NCBI GenBank assembly: GCA_016748015.1
Contig: JAAOMT010000436.1
Span: 1,002,033-1,066,032, forward strand
Length of the DNA: 64,000 bases
Reading direction: 5' to 3'
From: Geosiphon pyriformis uo1
Lineage: Eukaryota > Fungi > Glomeromycota
In this document: one piece after another, positions 38,560 through 50,365 of the stretch
How positions within the stretch are numbered: the first letter of the stretch is position 1
Layout: every line of letters starts with the position of its first letter
Notes under the pieces: model-generated
What the model was told of the DNA's origin: nothing
What the model saw: only the letters and a program-made list of their open reading frames with translations
Databases searched by the model: none
Program-made: the position numbers and the translations under genes

Positions 38560-40130
38560 TGGTCACTGTAGGACAAGGCTCCAGCAATATCCAGAAAAAG
38601 ATCCCCCGAGCGGCATTCTCATCTCTGTCTATCACAATCCCGTAATTCCGGCAGTTGTACATTTGGACCCTTCGATTCTTTGGATGTTGCCACATTGACC
38701 AAAAGTCTTGGATGTGTAAACTTCATTCTGGATAATAATACAAACCCCTAATTCCTCGGCCTTGGTGATCAGACGTTGACGAAATCGATAGTGCATCTTT
38801 CTAATTGTGTTTTTCTCATTTTTCGATTCGCCATGTCCGATATCTCAAAGGGGGGAATGACAATAGCATCAAATTTGGGAGTGAAAAATGCGACAGCCTT
38901 TCTGTGTATTTCTGTCCGCAATTTTAAGATCTTTTGATGCATGCACCCATTCGCCTTTTCTAATCTCTGGTTTTAGCTTTCTTACGTTTTGAGGAATTTA
39001 ATTTATCTTTCTTTGAGCAAAGGTCATCCATAAGTTTGCAGAGGCGAACAATACGATTGATTTCACAAGAGCCTATTTTGCCTACAACTTTTGTTGGGAA
39101 ATACTATGTAAATAGAGTGCGAATGCCAGAACCTATGGAGACTGCATGAACAGAGCCATCTGTGAAACTGTTTTTGCGTCTCATATACCCAGACAAACTT
39201 CCACTCATTAGTTTCGCAATAGTAAGTGAGCTTGTCATCACATGTGATCTTGTGTGGATTAGGCCACTTATTTTTTTAAGTTTTTTTTCGAAGTGGAGAG
39301 GCCATAGTACATGTTTATCCTAAAATAAAGAATAAAAAATGGCATAAATAATGATATAAACCAATTTAAAAAAAATTGTCAACTTTACATTGTGTCGATG
39401 TCCATATGAATATATTACTGGGGTGTGAAGTTAAGATACATAGAAGCGATTCCAAAGAAAGATGATGTGTTGATGCACCTTGTTGTCACTGTGCATTACG
39501 TTTACTAACTTCCTTTCGCGCAACCAATGCTTGATCAATCACTTCCTCTGTGATGTTGGCACGAGCTGAGCCTAAACAATCTCTTAAGAGCAAGCCAAGA
39601 CGGACGATGGCTCTGCAAAATTTTCCTTCACCCTAGATACCCGAAACATCATCAAAAAGAAGGCGTTTTTGTTGAAAAGTCATAAATTTTAACAATCCTT
39701 TTCCATAATATCATCATATTTCACAATGATGCGACGCCTTTTGCTCCATCCCACCACAGTATTAAAGGGAAATCTCGCCAAGCCCACCCATCGCTTCAAT
39801 AGCTGCTTCTGGGATTCATCTTGACTAGTAACGTGCGGTTGAGGAGGCCTTCCGTCTTCTAACGTTTGCCACGGGTTGCTACTATCTTTCCCTTGCGCTT
39901 TTTTGTTCTTGCGTTCTCTTCAGTAGCGATAAGCTCTCCTTCCCTGCATGCGGCAGATGAAGACTCTGCCGACAGCAAGAATGTCCTGGAAGAGTTTGTG
40001 CTTGTCAGAGGTCGCATCGTCGAAGAGAACCACGAGTTTTGCAGAATGGGGGGGGGAGGGAGGTCAAAGGGAAACAGGCAGAGTCAATCGCATTGGATAA
40101 TGGCAATCTCCGTGGCTCAATAATTCCAGT
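38560..40130 (-). pseudogene. tnpB: TnpB/Fanzor2 RNA-guided endonuclease pseudogene with an intron (39388-39320)
   Basis: ILQNSWFSST N-terminus; HTH VKMNP-QKQLLKRWVGLARF; RuvC-I VSI(G)(S)GIRT; EIHRKAVAF..FDAIVIPPFEISDM; HYRFRQRLITKAEELG; QNEVYTSKT; remnant Zn finger CGN..CRN; RuvC-III DRDENAARGIF. Confidence 0.85.
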
Positions 40131-40265
40131 AGGGTCTTAAGCTCTTGGTGTTTGAAGTTGGCGCCAGAAGCGATATTGCTGCCGAGCTCGTATGTCGAGA
40201 ATCGGGCAAAAAGTTGTTGTCGCTCAAGAACCTCTATTGCTTTGACTTTGAGAACTTATCTCGTG
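39920..40265 (-). pseudogene. tnpA: IS607-type serine recombinase TnpA remnant, overlapping the Fanzor 5' end in another frame
   Basis: ISSQSQ..LERQ..ARFSTYELGSNIASGANFKHQELKTLLEL...LCLFPFDL...KLVVLFDD..HKLFQDILAVGRVFICRMQGRRAYRY-stop. Confidence 0.75.
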
Positions 40266-40992
40266 ATTTGAACCTGATAAGCATCACTAGCATTTTTATT
40301 TATAAGCATCATTAAGCAAATCTTATCAGTAAGTGATCACAAAAAAATCACGAAAAAATGTAACTGACGTATTTTGCATGGGAAAAAGTTTTATCGTTCG
40401 TGTATTTGAATTCATTGAATCATTTTCCCCAGAGATATCCAATAAAAAGTGTTATCGCTGCAACGAAACAAACCACCAGAAAAGGAATGTCAGTATTAAA
40501 TATTCAATGTCCAAAATTTTACTTTACCAATGATCCGAAAGTTATTCTCAAAATTGCTATGCCCACCCCATTTTGGCGACGACGCAGAAATGTGTCCCTT
40601 ATAAAAATTCATAAAAATGCACAAAAAATATACACTTGTGTAATAAATAAAGGGAATCTGTGAAAATTTTTTTTAATGTATTTTAGGATCCCAAACTTGT
40701 ATAATAGAAATTGAATAATAATATATAGAATTCGGATCTACCGAAAATTTATCACCAAATGTTTTTTCTTGAAGTTTTCATGGATCAACATGAAAAAATA
40801 GGAGTAGCGTTTGATTGAATGACGCTCGTTAAAAAATAAGAAAATAGAGCCAAAAATGGGAAAAGCTTCTCATAAAAAAAAGAAAAACGAGAACCTAGGC
40901 CTCCTATCGTCCTGTTAAGGACACATGTACTTTATAGCCCAAATATTTTTGTTGCCCCTCGATCTCAAGCTTATTCGGAGGATCAATAGTGA

Positions 40993-43516
40993 TTATGTTT
41001 CATTCATCCAGTCACGATTTTCAATCTTGACCTTGACGTCAGACTCGGATGGATTATTTGATATCGTATTGCTTATGCCAGATTTTCCAGACATATCCAT
41101 TTCCTTGTACATTTGATTGACTTTTTTGAATAACATGGCAATGAGCTGCGTGTGCTTCTGTCGAGATTCCAGACTGCTATTGAGGAGAACCTTATTGGAG
41201 GAAGATGCAAATTGCTTTGTATTTCCGTAAACAGATTTCTCTTCAAGCTTCTTGTTTGTTTGATTATCCCTCAAATCCATACCAGCAATTTTATTGGATA
41301 GAGTTTCAATAGGATCAGTTTCCTCTCGTGTAGAACCTTTAGTTGTTAATTCTTCAACCGGTGTAGAACTTTTAGTTGTTGATCCTTCAACCGGTGTAGT
41401 TTTAATAAGCATTAATCTCCTTTGACCAAAACTTGAAGCTATTGTAGGAGTTTTTAAAGGACTAGATCTAACCGTAGACGTATTATCATCATTTTCTTTG
41501 TGCGGTTTTTCATCGGAAAGATCGACAGGTCCGCGCTTGGGAATTGGTACTATGATAGGATGCTCTTCTGAGGGTGCTTTAGGAGGAGCTCCCCTCTCCG
41601 GTTGAATATAAATGCATTCAATCGGACTACCATGTTTAACAATATATTGATGCACTTGTTTGACAGGATGTAGACGCTCAGCCGGATAAACGGGTTTGGA
41701 AGACCCCAGGTAAATGGAAGATGGAACCTGAGGATTGTAGCTAGTAGGATCATAGGTCAATTTTGCTTCTGCGGGTGGGCTAAGCAAACCAGAATTGTGA
41801 TTGGGTACCAAAGTTGTGTTTGACATGGTCGGTAATGATGGAACAGCCGGATATATATTTTCAAGTAAACCATTGCGGGAAACTGGATAATTCACGAAAT
41901 CAGAGTTGCTGGAAACAACCAAATTAGATGGATTCAAGCTGGGATACAGACTATCAGAATTGGTGGTATAGGCATCAGGAGGAAGGGTTAAAGAGGCATC
42001 TGGATAGATCGAGTTGGAGGGAAGATCTATGATATCATTGAGGCCAGGTGGCAGATCACCAGCTCCTGAATCGTCATATACGTTTGGGTCTAAATATTCG
42101 CCACCACATTGGTCATTGAGAACCGCAAGAAATTGATTGAATTGTTGCAAATCTTGTTTGGTACTAATGGCTGATGGTAAGCCGAAGTTGTCATTATCAA
42201 AGATGAAATCGAGTTCGTTGAGTCTATCCGACATTTCTAAAAATATACGATATTGAACAAGGGATTTTTATTTATTTTATTTTTATTTTTCATTTTGGCA
42301 AAGTATAAAACATATATTTGTATACTATTTTAGATTTATAGGTACAGGCAAGTCTGGCTGAGCTTTAATCAGACACGAAAAGTACCTTGATCAAAGACTG
42401 GTATTACACGTTGTTTCTTCACATCCCAACATAATTCATCCAAGACCTCAACGCCCCGCTTTTTTGACATTCCATTATTTGAGATTTCGGATAACTGATT
42501 ATATCCACGTTTGTTATTTAAGGTAGGGTAGTCAGAAAACTCTTCATTGAGTCCAGGGTGGGTGGTCGGATTACATATTGCAGGAAACAAGTTTGTACGA
42601 TCATAATCGTTCAAATCATATTTTTCATGTGTTGGAGTACTGAAAGAATCAGAAGCTTGAGAATAGGGCGAATAACCTATTGAATATTAAAAATAAAAAT
42701 CAAGAAAAATAAGTTTTGAAAATATCAAGTATTTTAAAAATATATTTAATGAATTAAGCAGTACCGGGTACTGTCCGATCATAATTTGGACCATTGGATG
42801 CAACACTCTGCGGAGATAAAGGACCGGGAAGCTGAGAAGAAGCAGTGGAATCGACCGAAGAAGAACGATCGGATCTAGAATAGTGAGGTGGTGTAGGTGC
42901 TTGTAGATGATTTCGTTGCATGCGTTCATTTTTGTGGAAAGAAATTTGTGCCTGATGTTCCTCAGTATGAATTTTCTCATGTTTCTTTAAATCTTGTGGC
43001 CGCTTAAATGATTTTTTACAAGTCTAAAGTATACAAAAATATTCACATAACAGAAGCCGATTTTAGATGAAATCACATTCAGTCGGTAATTTTTAAATCG
43101 AATATAAAATACATGATAATTATCGTTTCAATTATATTAAATGATGTGGATTTGTTATAACGGAGAAGTGATATTAATTGAAAATTATTCATTGGTCTTT
43201 ATAGTTTTCAGTAAGAGGAATAAGCTAGATCTAGCTCAAAAGGGAAAGTGAGACTTGAACTTACTTCACAAGTATGTGGCTTTAGAGGAACGTGAACTCT
43301 CAAGTGACTTGTGATGTGATCCCTTTTTTGAGTGATCACTTCACATCTATCCCAGTGACATTGAAGACATAAGTTTCCGGTTGATTTACGTCCTACGTGG
43401 TCGTTGGCCAAATGGATGTATAACAGTTCAGGATCTTCAAAGGAGCGATTACATTGGTTCCAAAGACAGGTCAAGTTCTGGTTGGACTTATTGGAAGGTG
43501 GTGGGGTTAAGGACAT
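40993..43516 (-). CDS. pacC: pH-response C2H2 transcription factor PacC/Rim101 (multi-exon)
   Basis: CLWNQC...[24 protein letters not shown]...[21 protein letters not shown]|[19 protein letters not shown]; YPxL motifs (DYPTL, LYPSL). Confidence 0.95.
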
Positions 43517-43777
43517 TTTAAAGACGGAGTAAAAAAAGGTTTGAGCGAATAAGAAATAAGGTATCAAAAATGGAAAGATAAGAAATAGTTGAGGGGAAGC
43601 TATCAAAAAGTTGTGAGAATGTATCAATTATTTACTTGGAGCACTTCGAGTGGTTTGCTTTTATGCAGAAAGGGTATTGTTTTAAGGTTAAAGCGGACGG
43701 GAGGAGAAAGGGTCTTTTTATAAGAAATTAAGAAGAGGTTTCGTTAAACGGTAGACGGTACGAGTGAAGCTTTAAAA

Positions 43778-44078
43778 GCCAAGATATGTTTTATTTGAAT
43801 AATCAAACTATGAAACGCATGACGCTCAGAAAGATAAAGTCTTGGCGGTAAAATTCCAGGTGACTTAGCGTTGCACATTTAGAATTAAATTCTCTCAATC
43901 TGGTAGGTATTTCAGGTATCCTTGGCGCATAATCTTGGTCAAAATTTCTCACAAGATTTTTCCTTCATAACGCCAAGAATGAAGAATTCTCTCTTTTGTT
44001 ATTTTTGCCATTGAATTAAAATGTTCAATTTTAATTCGGATAATAGAATGGTAGTCGCCAAGGAAACCAAGACTTGGC
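43778..44078. promoter_or_regulatory. Cluster of six PacC sites (GCCAAG) upstream of pacC
   Basis: GCCAAG at 43778, 43972, 44057; CTTGGC at 43841, 43921, 44073. Confidence 0.8.
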
Positions 44079-44312
44079 CTTCACGTGATTTATTTATGAA
44101 GTTTACTGTAATTTGTACCAGAATTTCTTTTTTTTTTTTTTTTTTGAATTATTTTGATTAAAAAAAAAACAACTTTAAAAATAGAGATTTGTTTGTTTTA
44201 TTATTATCATACTTTTATATTTTTTAAAAATAATTTAAAAGATTTTATAATTAAAATATTGTTGCTATTTATATATTATGTATTTTTGTATATTTAATAT
44301 AAAGAAATTCCC

Positions 44313-44349
<37 letters not shown>

Positions 44350-44350
44350 C

Positions 44351-44405
<55 letters not shown>

Positions 44406-44420
44406 GTTGTTGTTGTTGTT
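44313..44420. repeat. (AAT)n/(ATT)n/(GTT)n compound microsatellite
   Basis: Visible trinucleotide runs. Confidence 0.9.
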
Positions 44421-45795
44421 ATCGAGAATTTATAATTAATAATATTTTTTTCTTTTGGTTTGATAATAATTTTTGTAAATATTTCTTTCGGTCGATTTAA
44501 TAATTTAATATTAAACATTACAAATTAAAAAAAAAACTTTGAAATGGTTATAATAACATTTTTATTAAATAGCAAAGTTTATTGATTAAATAAAAAAATA
44601 AAAAATAAAAAATAAATATTGTAGTTTAAATATATAGATCAATATCTTGGGTTTAAATTTTAAAATAATGGGCGGAGGGGAGGAGGTTCTTTAACTTTTA
44701 TGTTTGCTTTTAAAAAATTTTTGATCCTCAGTTTTTGAGAATCATGACTAGATTCCCAAAAATAGCTCAAAAATTTATTTTGTATGATCTTCTTAAAAAG
44801 AGCTCGATCTCCAATCTAATTTAAATTTGGCAATTATGAATTTTTTAATGCAAAGTTGGATCTTTTGTTTCTAATAAGCTCAATGGATTTTAACCGTAAA
44901 ACTCTTGGATTGAATTAGATTAATGGAATTTCGATTTGGAGAATTCACCTCTTTTTCCCAAGACATAAGGTTTCTAACATTTCTAAGGTTTGTTATTGAT
45001 GCCAAAAAATCTATTTTATGTATTTAAAGAAAGAAAGAAAGAAAGAAAGAAAGAAAAATAAATAAATGAATAAATATGATAATCGAATCTTGGCTGATAA
45101 AATTCATAATCAAAAGGAGATTTAGATTAAAATTCTTATTTATATTTAAGTTTTTAAATATTGAAAAATCGAATTAAAAATTTTTATTAAAATATTTTTT
45201 TAACATCCCACTCTCAATATTTCGATATTTCGATCTTGTCGGGTGGCAAGGCAAGGAGTGATTTATTTCTGAATGATATCGCAGTAAATTTAATTGATAC
45301 TTGTCTTTTTTGGTTAAAAAAAATGTATCTATTTAGGGCCATAACCTTATTTGATAATAAGATGGAATTGGAGGAGATACATAGACATTATTTAAAAACC
45401 AATATTAAAATCATCGAAAATCGTGGGAAAACTTGTAAGCATTCGGGCAATTTGGTTTGGTAATTATTGCCAAGATTTATATATGCTTTTTTTTCTGTAC
45501 TTTCTCAATTCCCTCGCACCCAAATTTTGCTAGGTTGAAAAATTAAAATCCTGTTTTTACCACTAACCTTTTAAATATATGAGAAGACTTTATTTCTTTT
45601 ACCAAAAGTAATAATAATCATTTTTTTAATACCAATTTTAATGTAAATGTAAAATATTAAAAAATTTATTACCTCAAAACTATTATCATTAATATTGTTA
45701 TTTATAAAAATATTTTTATAATTTATTAATTTAGAGACTTCACTTTATTATTATGGTAAAATATATATCAAAAATTGATGTCATTTCCCTTGTTT

Positions 45796-47495
45796 TTATG
45801 AATTCTCATTAATTAAGGCATCATTTACTTTTCCCCATAAACGATTAATCTTTTGGTCCAACCACTCGGTAAATCGCAATCCCTCCAACCACTCTTTAGG
45901 TAACTTCTTATAGCCAATCCGAGCCCCAAGTAAAGCACCCGCTACAGCACCATTTGTATCGGCATCTCTACAATTCCAAAAACCCGTGATATACATAATA
46001 ATCATGAATAAAACGTTAAAAACTAACACCTAATTCACATACCCAGCTTCTAGAATTAATTCAGTGATAATCTTCTTGAATGCCTCTCCTTCATTAGCTT
46101 GTTCCTTTAGATTCCGATTAAAACAATATAATGCCGAGCCAAGACATTTGTACACATAACCTATAGAAGATGGCTCATCAAGCTGTAAAGAGGATATTAA
46201 TTCAGGAAAACAGTGCTCAAGCAACGTGTCTTCGCCGGTGTTTTTTTGGAATCTTTGGAATCGAGCCTGTTTGCCTGCCGATTCTGATGTTGCTTCGTCA
46301 GCTGGCAGAGGAACATCAAGCATGAATTTATAGCAATTCACAACATCTTGTGTTAGAGATAATAACTCAGGATCCGGTCCAAAAGTATCCATGCTCAGGG
46401 GGAGAATATCTGGAATGATTGGGGTATTACGCTTTTTGGAAGTCTTCCACATTTCATTCTGCCTAGCCAACATTCTGTCTAGCCAAATTTTATCGTTGCT
46501 ACGAGGAGAGCTGCTAAATAAATTTTTGAAAATTCCGCTAGATATATTTCCTTTGAACTTTGAACTTTGTGGTTGGTTTAATTCAGGAGGAGCCTCAAAG
46601 TCAATATTTTCAGTTGGCTCATTTCCAGGTTTTCCGGATTTCATCCATCTGAAAATTTCTTGCTTAGAAGCGTCATCTAACCCAGAATCTCTTATTGCTA
46701 AATCACCTCTCAAAAGCCTTGAAATTAAGACAGTAACGATAACACTAGAGATACAACATCTGGGGTCAGCATGGGTGACTTTTGTTGCCTGTAACGTTTG
46801 TTTAACAACTTGATTCTCATTCCAAAAATATGGTACCCCTAAAATGGCCGTTCGCATTAATGCCCCATTAGCTGCCATATTACGATCATAGCTATTCCAC
46901 ACGTCCCAAGCAGCTCTATGGGGAGTTGTTTTAAAGGAAGGGTGGTTCAGTACTGAACCAACTGTGAGGCCAATTCCAAATGGTGGCTTGTTATCTAATT
47001 CGGGAAAGCCTTTTTCGGCCCACTCAAAGAGCCGAATCGCGAAATCTCTACTATTAAATGAACCATTGGTAGTGAGTAATGACTCAATGATGAGGAGCTG
47101 TTGATCTAAAAAAATAAAAACTTTTTTTAGAAAAGCAAATTCAAGCTTTATGTTTGCCTTAATAAGGTATAGAACTTTTTCAACAAACCGGTATCGTCGG
47201 TCCAGTCCCCAGTTTCCCACCTACTTCGGTGTGAATCCAAGTGAAACGGATATCCTTTTTCTCTCCCAAACTGAATGGGTCCAACTCCGTAAAGTCCCTT
47301 GGCTTGTTCTTTACTTAAAAATTCAGTTGCGAGCCCAATAGCGTCCCCGATCGCAGCACCTAAGAAGGCACTAATTTAGATGGAAAAGCTAAGTGTAACT
47401 TGAGAAATTGATCTTTACTTACCATATATACAGCCCTTGAACCTATCGAAGGCTTCTTCTACAGAAAGACTAGTAAAGTTATTAAAAGAGGTCAT
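45796..47495 (-). CDS. ADP-ribosylglycohydrolase (DraG/ARH family), multi-exon
   Basis: KGCIYGAAIGDAIG, GDWTDDTDQ, ANGALMR, THADPR, DADTNGAVAGALLGA. Confidence 0.92.
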
Positions 47496-47692
47496 AACAA
47501 AAAACTCAAGTATAGTTACCTGAATCTGTTGTTTTAGTGTTTTGCCTGTCCGCAGCGACAAGAGATAACAATGTAGTACACGTGAGATGTGTATTTTAAT
47601 TTAAAGTAGCACCTGATTTACTAAATCTTTTGTTCCTTTTTCTCGAAGCGTTTTAAAAGTGCTTTTTTACGCGACTCCCCATTATCCTCAAC

Positions 47693-49900
47693 ATGACATC
47701 ACCTTCTCCCAGGATACCAATGAAATTAGATTTGACACACATGCAGCAGCTCCAGGTTTCCAAAGTCTTCCAGGATAATACCAAAGAAATTACCTCTCTG
47801 GACTTTGACGACGACGGAAAATATTGCATTACAGGTTCGGCAGACGACTCGATACACCTATATGATTGTATAATGGGGAAGTGAGTAATTAACAAATTGA
47901 TTAACTTTTCTTTTGAGTCAAATGGTGCTTAGTTCTTGACATTTCAAGTTTGGCTACTCAGATATACGCTGACCACCCACCTCTTGGGAGATGAATTCTC
48001 AGATATGCGGAAAACATAAATGAGATCGAAGTTTTATTTTCTTTAAAACTTTACATTACAATTGTCTCATTTTTTTTTTAATAAAGCCCAACCATTAATG
48101 AATGACTTTTCCCTCATTTTCATTAAAAATAAAGGTCGCAAAAGTTGTTATTCAGTAAAAAGTATGGTGCACACCCGATACGATTTACCCATTCTTCCTC
48201 CACCATAATTCATGGTTCTAACAAAAGAGATAGTATGATTGCTGCCTCATTTTTTTCTTAATAAACCCAATGGGTTCTAAAAACTTTATATTTACTCTCC
48301 AAACTTCTTAGATATGATTCGTTATTTGTCAATAAGCGAAAATCGATACATATCTTATTTTAAAGGTCATGAAGGAAGGTAAAATTTATTTTGAATAATT
48401 ATAACAATCAAAACTCGGCTTAATTTCTATAAATAGCTGCCATTTTTCTATACTGTTAATAATTTAAATTCTGTTCATTAGGGTCACTTCGATGGCAATG
48501 AGCCCCGTAGATGACTTCTTCATATCGGCTGCCATTGAAGATTCTTTATTATTATGGGATTTAGGATCAAATCACCCTCAGGTTAAGATATGTTCTTTGG
48601 CCTACATCTATTTTTATATTAAAGTGATTTCGGTCTTTAGGGCCGCGTGCGACTTGGTAGAGGAAGGCCTTCTGTTGCATTTGACCCTTCAGGAATGGTA
48701 TTTGCTTCTGCTATACAACAAGATAATAAAGTACGACTATATGATTTGAGGAATTTTGACAAGGTATGAGTATATTCGTCAGGAAATCATTTGCTTTTTC
48801 CCTCGACAGTTGTTTGATTATAGTTCAGAATTATTAGCATAATATATATGGCTTCATGATCATTCTAAATTGGCGGTGGAAACTTAAAACAAAAATTTTT
48901 CATATTTGACATTTGTTTAATTTGATCCAGGGGCCATTCGCACAGTTTGTGATTCTTGACCCATATCTTTCTGCATTATCCTATCCTCGTCCTGGCATCG
49001 CAATGCCGATTTGGACTAGCATTAAATTCAGTAACGATGACAAATACATCCTGATATCTACTGGGGGTGATCAGCATTATATAATTGACGCTTACTCGGG
49101 AGATTTGAAACGCCGATTAATCGGCCATGTAGGATTGGCTGATGTTGCAACCGGTGCCGGTGGCGATGATACTTGCTTCACGCCAAATGGCGCCTTCGTA
49201 GTATCAGGTTTGTCATGAAAATAAATTCTGTACCCCCGACTTAAAATTATAACACATGTAACTTTTGGAGAATCTGCATTTCAAAAACCTTGAAACTTTA
49301 CGAACTTAGGCTCGCAAGACGGTTCGATCAGTATATGGGACATAAACGCATCCACTCCTATTCAAAATGACTTGCGACCAATAAAACAACTGGAAGCTCA
49401 TACTAAACCGACTCAAGTAGTACAATTTAATCCAAGGTATATGTGTATGGTAAGCGGCTGCCATGAATTGGTAAGTCAATTTCACGTGTTCCTTTCAACC
49501 ATTTGGCAATTGACAATACCCTGGAAATTAGTGTATTGACCGATCATAGTTCCCCGCAACTTTTGACCCATTATTGGTATTTGCGGTTTTAGATAGATCG
49601 TAAAAAAAAGGATTTGGCGGATAAATTTATTACCCGCCATCAGCATTATTTTTCCACTATGATGGTCATTTTTTGTCAATGGATATTTCCATCAACTGGA
49701 TCAACGATTCTACAATTATGTTCATAATTCTAAAAAATATTGGTGAACTTTTTTAGGCTTTCTGGGAGCCAACTCTTCCCGGACTTTCAAATAGTAGTGG
49801 AGACGGTGGAAATAGTAGCAACCAAGAAATGCTTCGATTAAACACTCACCCTGGAAACTCGGGCAATAATGGCGACCGCTACGTACCAAATGCCGTTTAA
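47693..49900 (+). CDS. SWD2: WD40 protein Swd2/WDR82 (COMPASS / cleavage-polyadenylation factor subunit), multi-exon
   Basis: KVFQDNTKEITSLDFDDDG, SKKYG..RFTH, IRYLSISENRYISYFKGH, MSPVDDFFIS, YDLRNFDKGPF, IKFSNDDKYILI, QFNPRYM. Confidence 0.9.
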
Positions 49901-50365
49901 TAAATCCGGTCTGTTTTAAGAACGATCTAAGGAGACAATGTATGATTTAGTATACTTGTTCTTTGCTGGTTTTTAAATACTAATCCCTCTAATTCTAAAG
50001 AGAAAACCTAAAGATTTCCTCTCAACTAAGGGATTTTTTTGGTCCCTATTGAGATGCTATCATAAAAGATAAGATCTATGTCTTTAATTGGGAAGAAACC
50101 CCGTTTTTAAGTCAATCTTCTTTGAATATGGGAACGAGACATAGGTCAATCCTATTGCAAAGATATTTCTCGATAGGTCTTGGAATTTTCATATTTATTG
50201 GTGAATTGTTCTTGAAATAGATGCTTAATCTACAAAAGGGAACTACTATTTACATTAATTATATCAATAAAAAATTTCGTTACACAAAGATTGATCTACG
50301 TGTACCATCAACCAGTTAAACTATAAAATATTGTCAAATCAAAGATATTTCTACAGCATAATGTA

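Larger units (their letters stand above)
38330..40330 (-). mobile_element. Decayed IS607-family element (TnpA serine recombinase plus TnpB/Fanzor2); boundaries approximate
   Basis: Motifs recovered by manual frameshift-tolerant translation of the minus strand; subterminal ATAAGCATCA direct repeats at ~40277-40311. Confidence 0.8.

Noticed and set aside
39866-40123. Plus-strand 85-aa ORF with a signal-peptide-like start (also 38412-38645)
   Set aside because: Antisense shadows of the tnpA/Fanzor relic on the minus strand.
40333-40663. Short ORFs with a partial zinc-knuckle-like CYRCNETNH
   Set aside because: The last Cys is missing and there is no other support; the region is downstream of pacC.
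44294-44518. Poly-Thr/Ile/Leu ORF
   Set aside because: Translation of a trinucleotide microsatellite.
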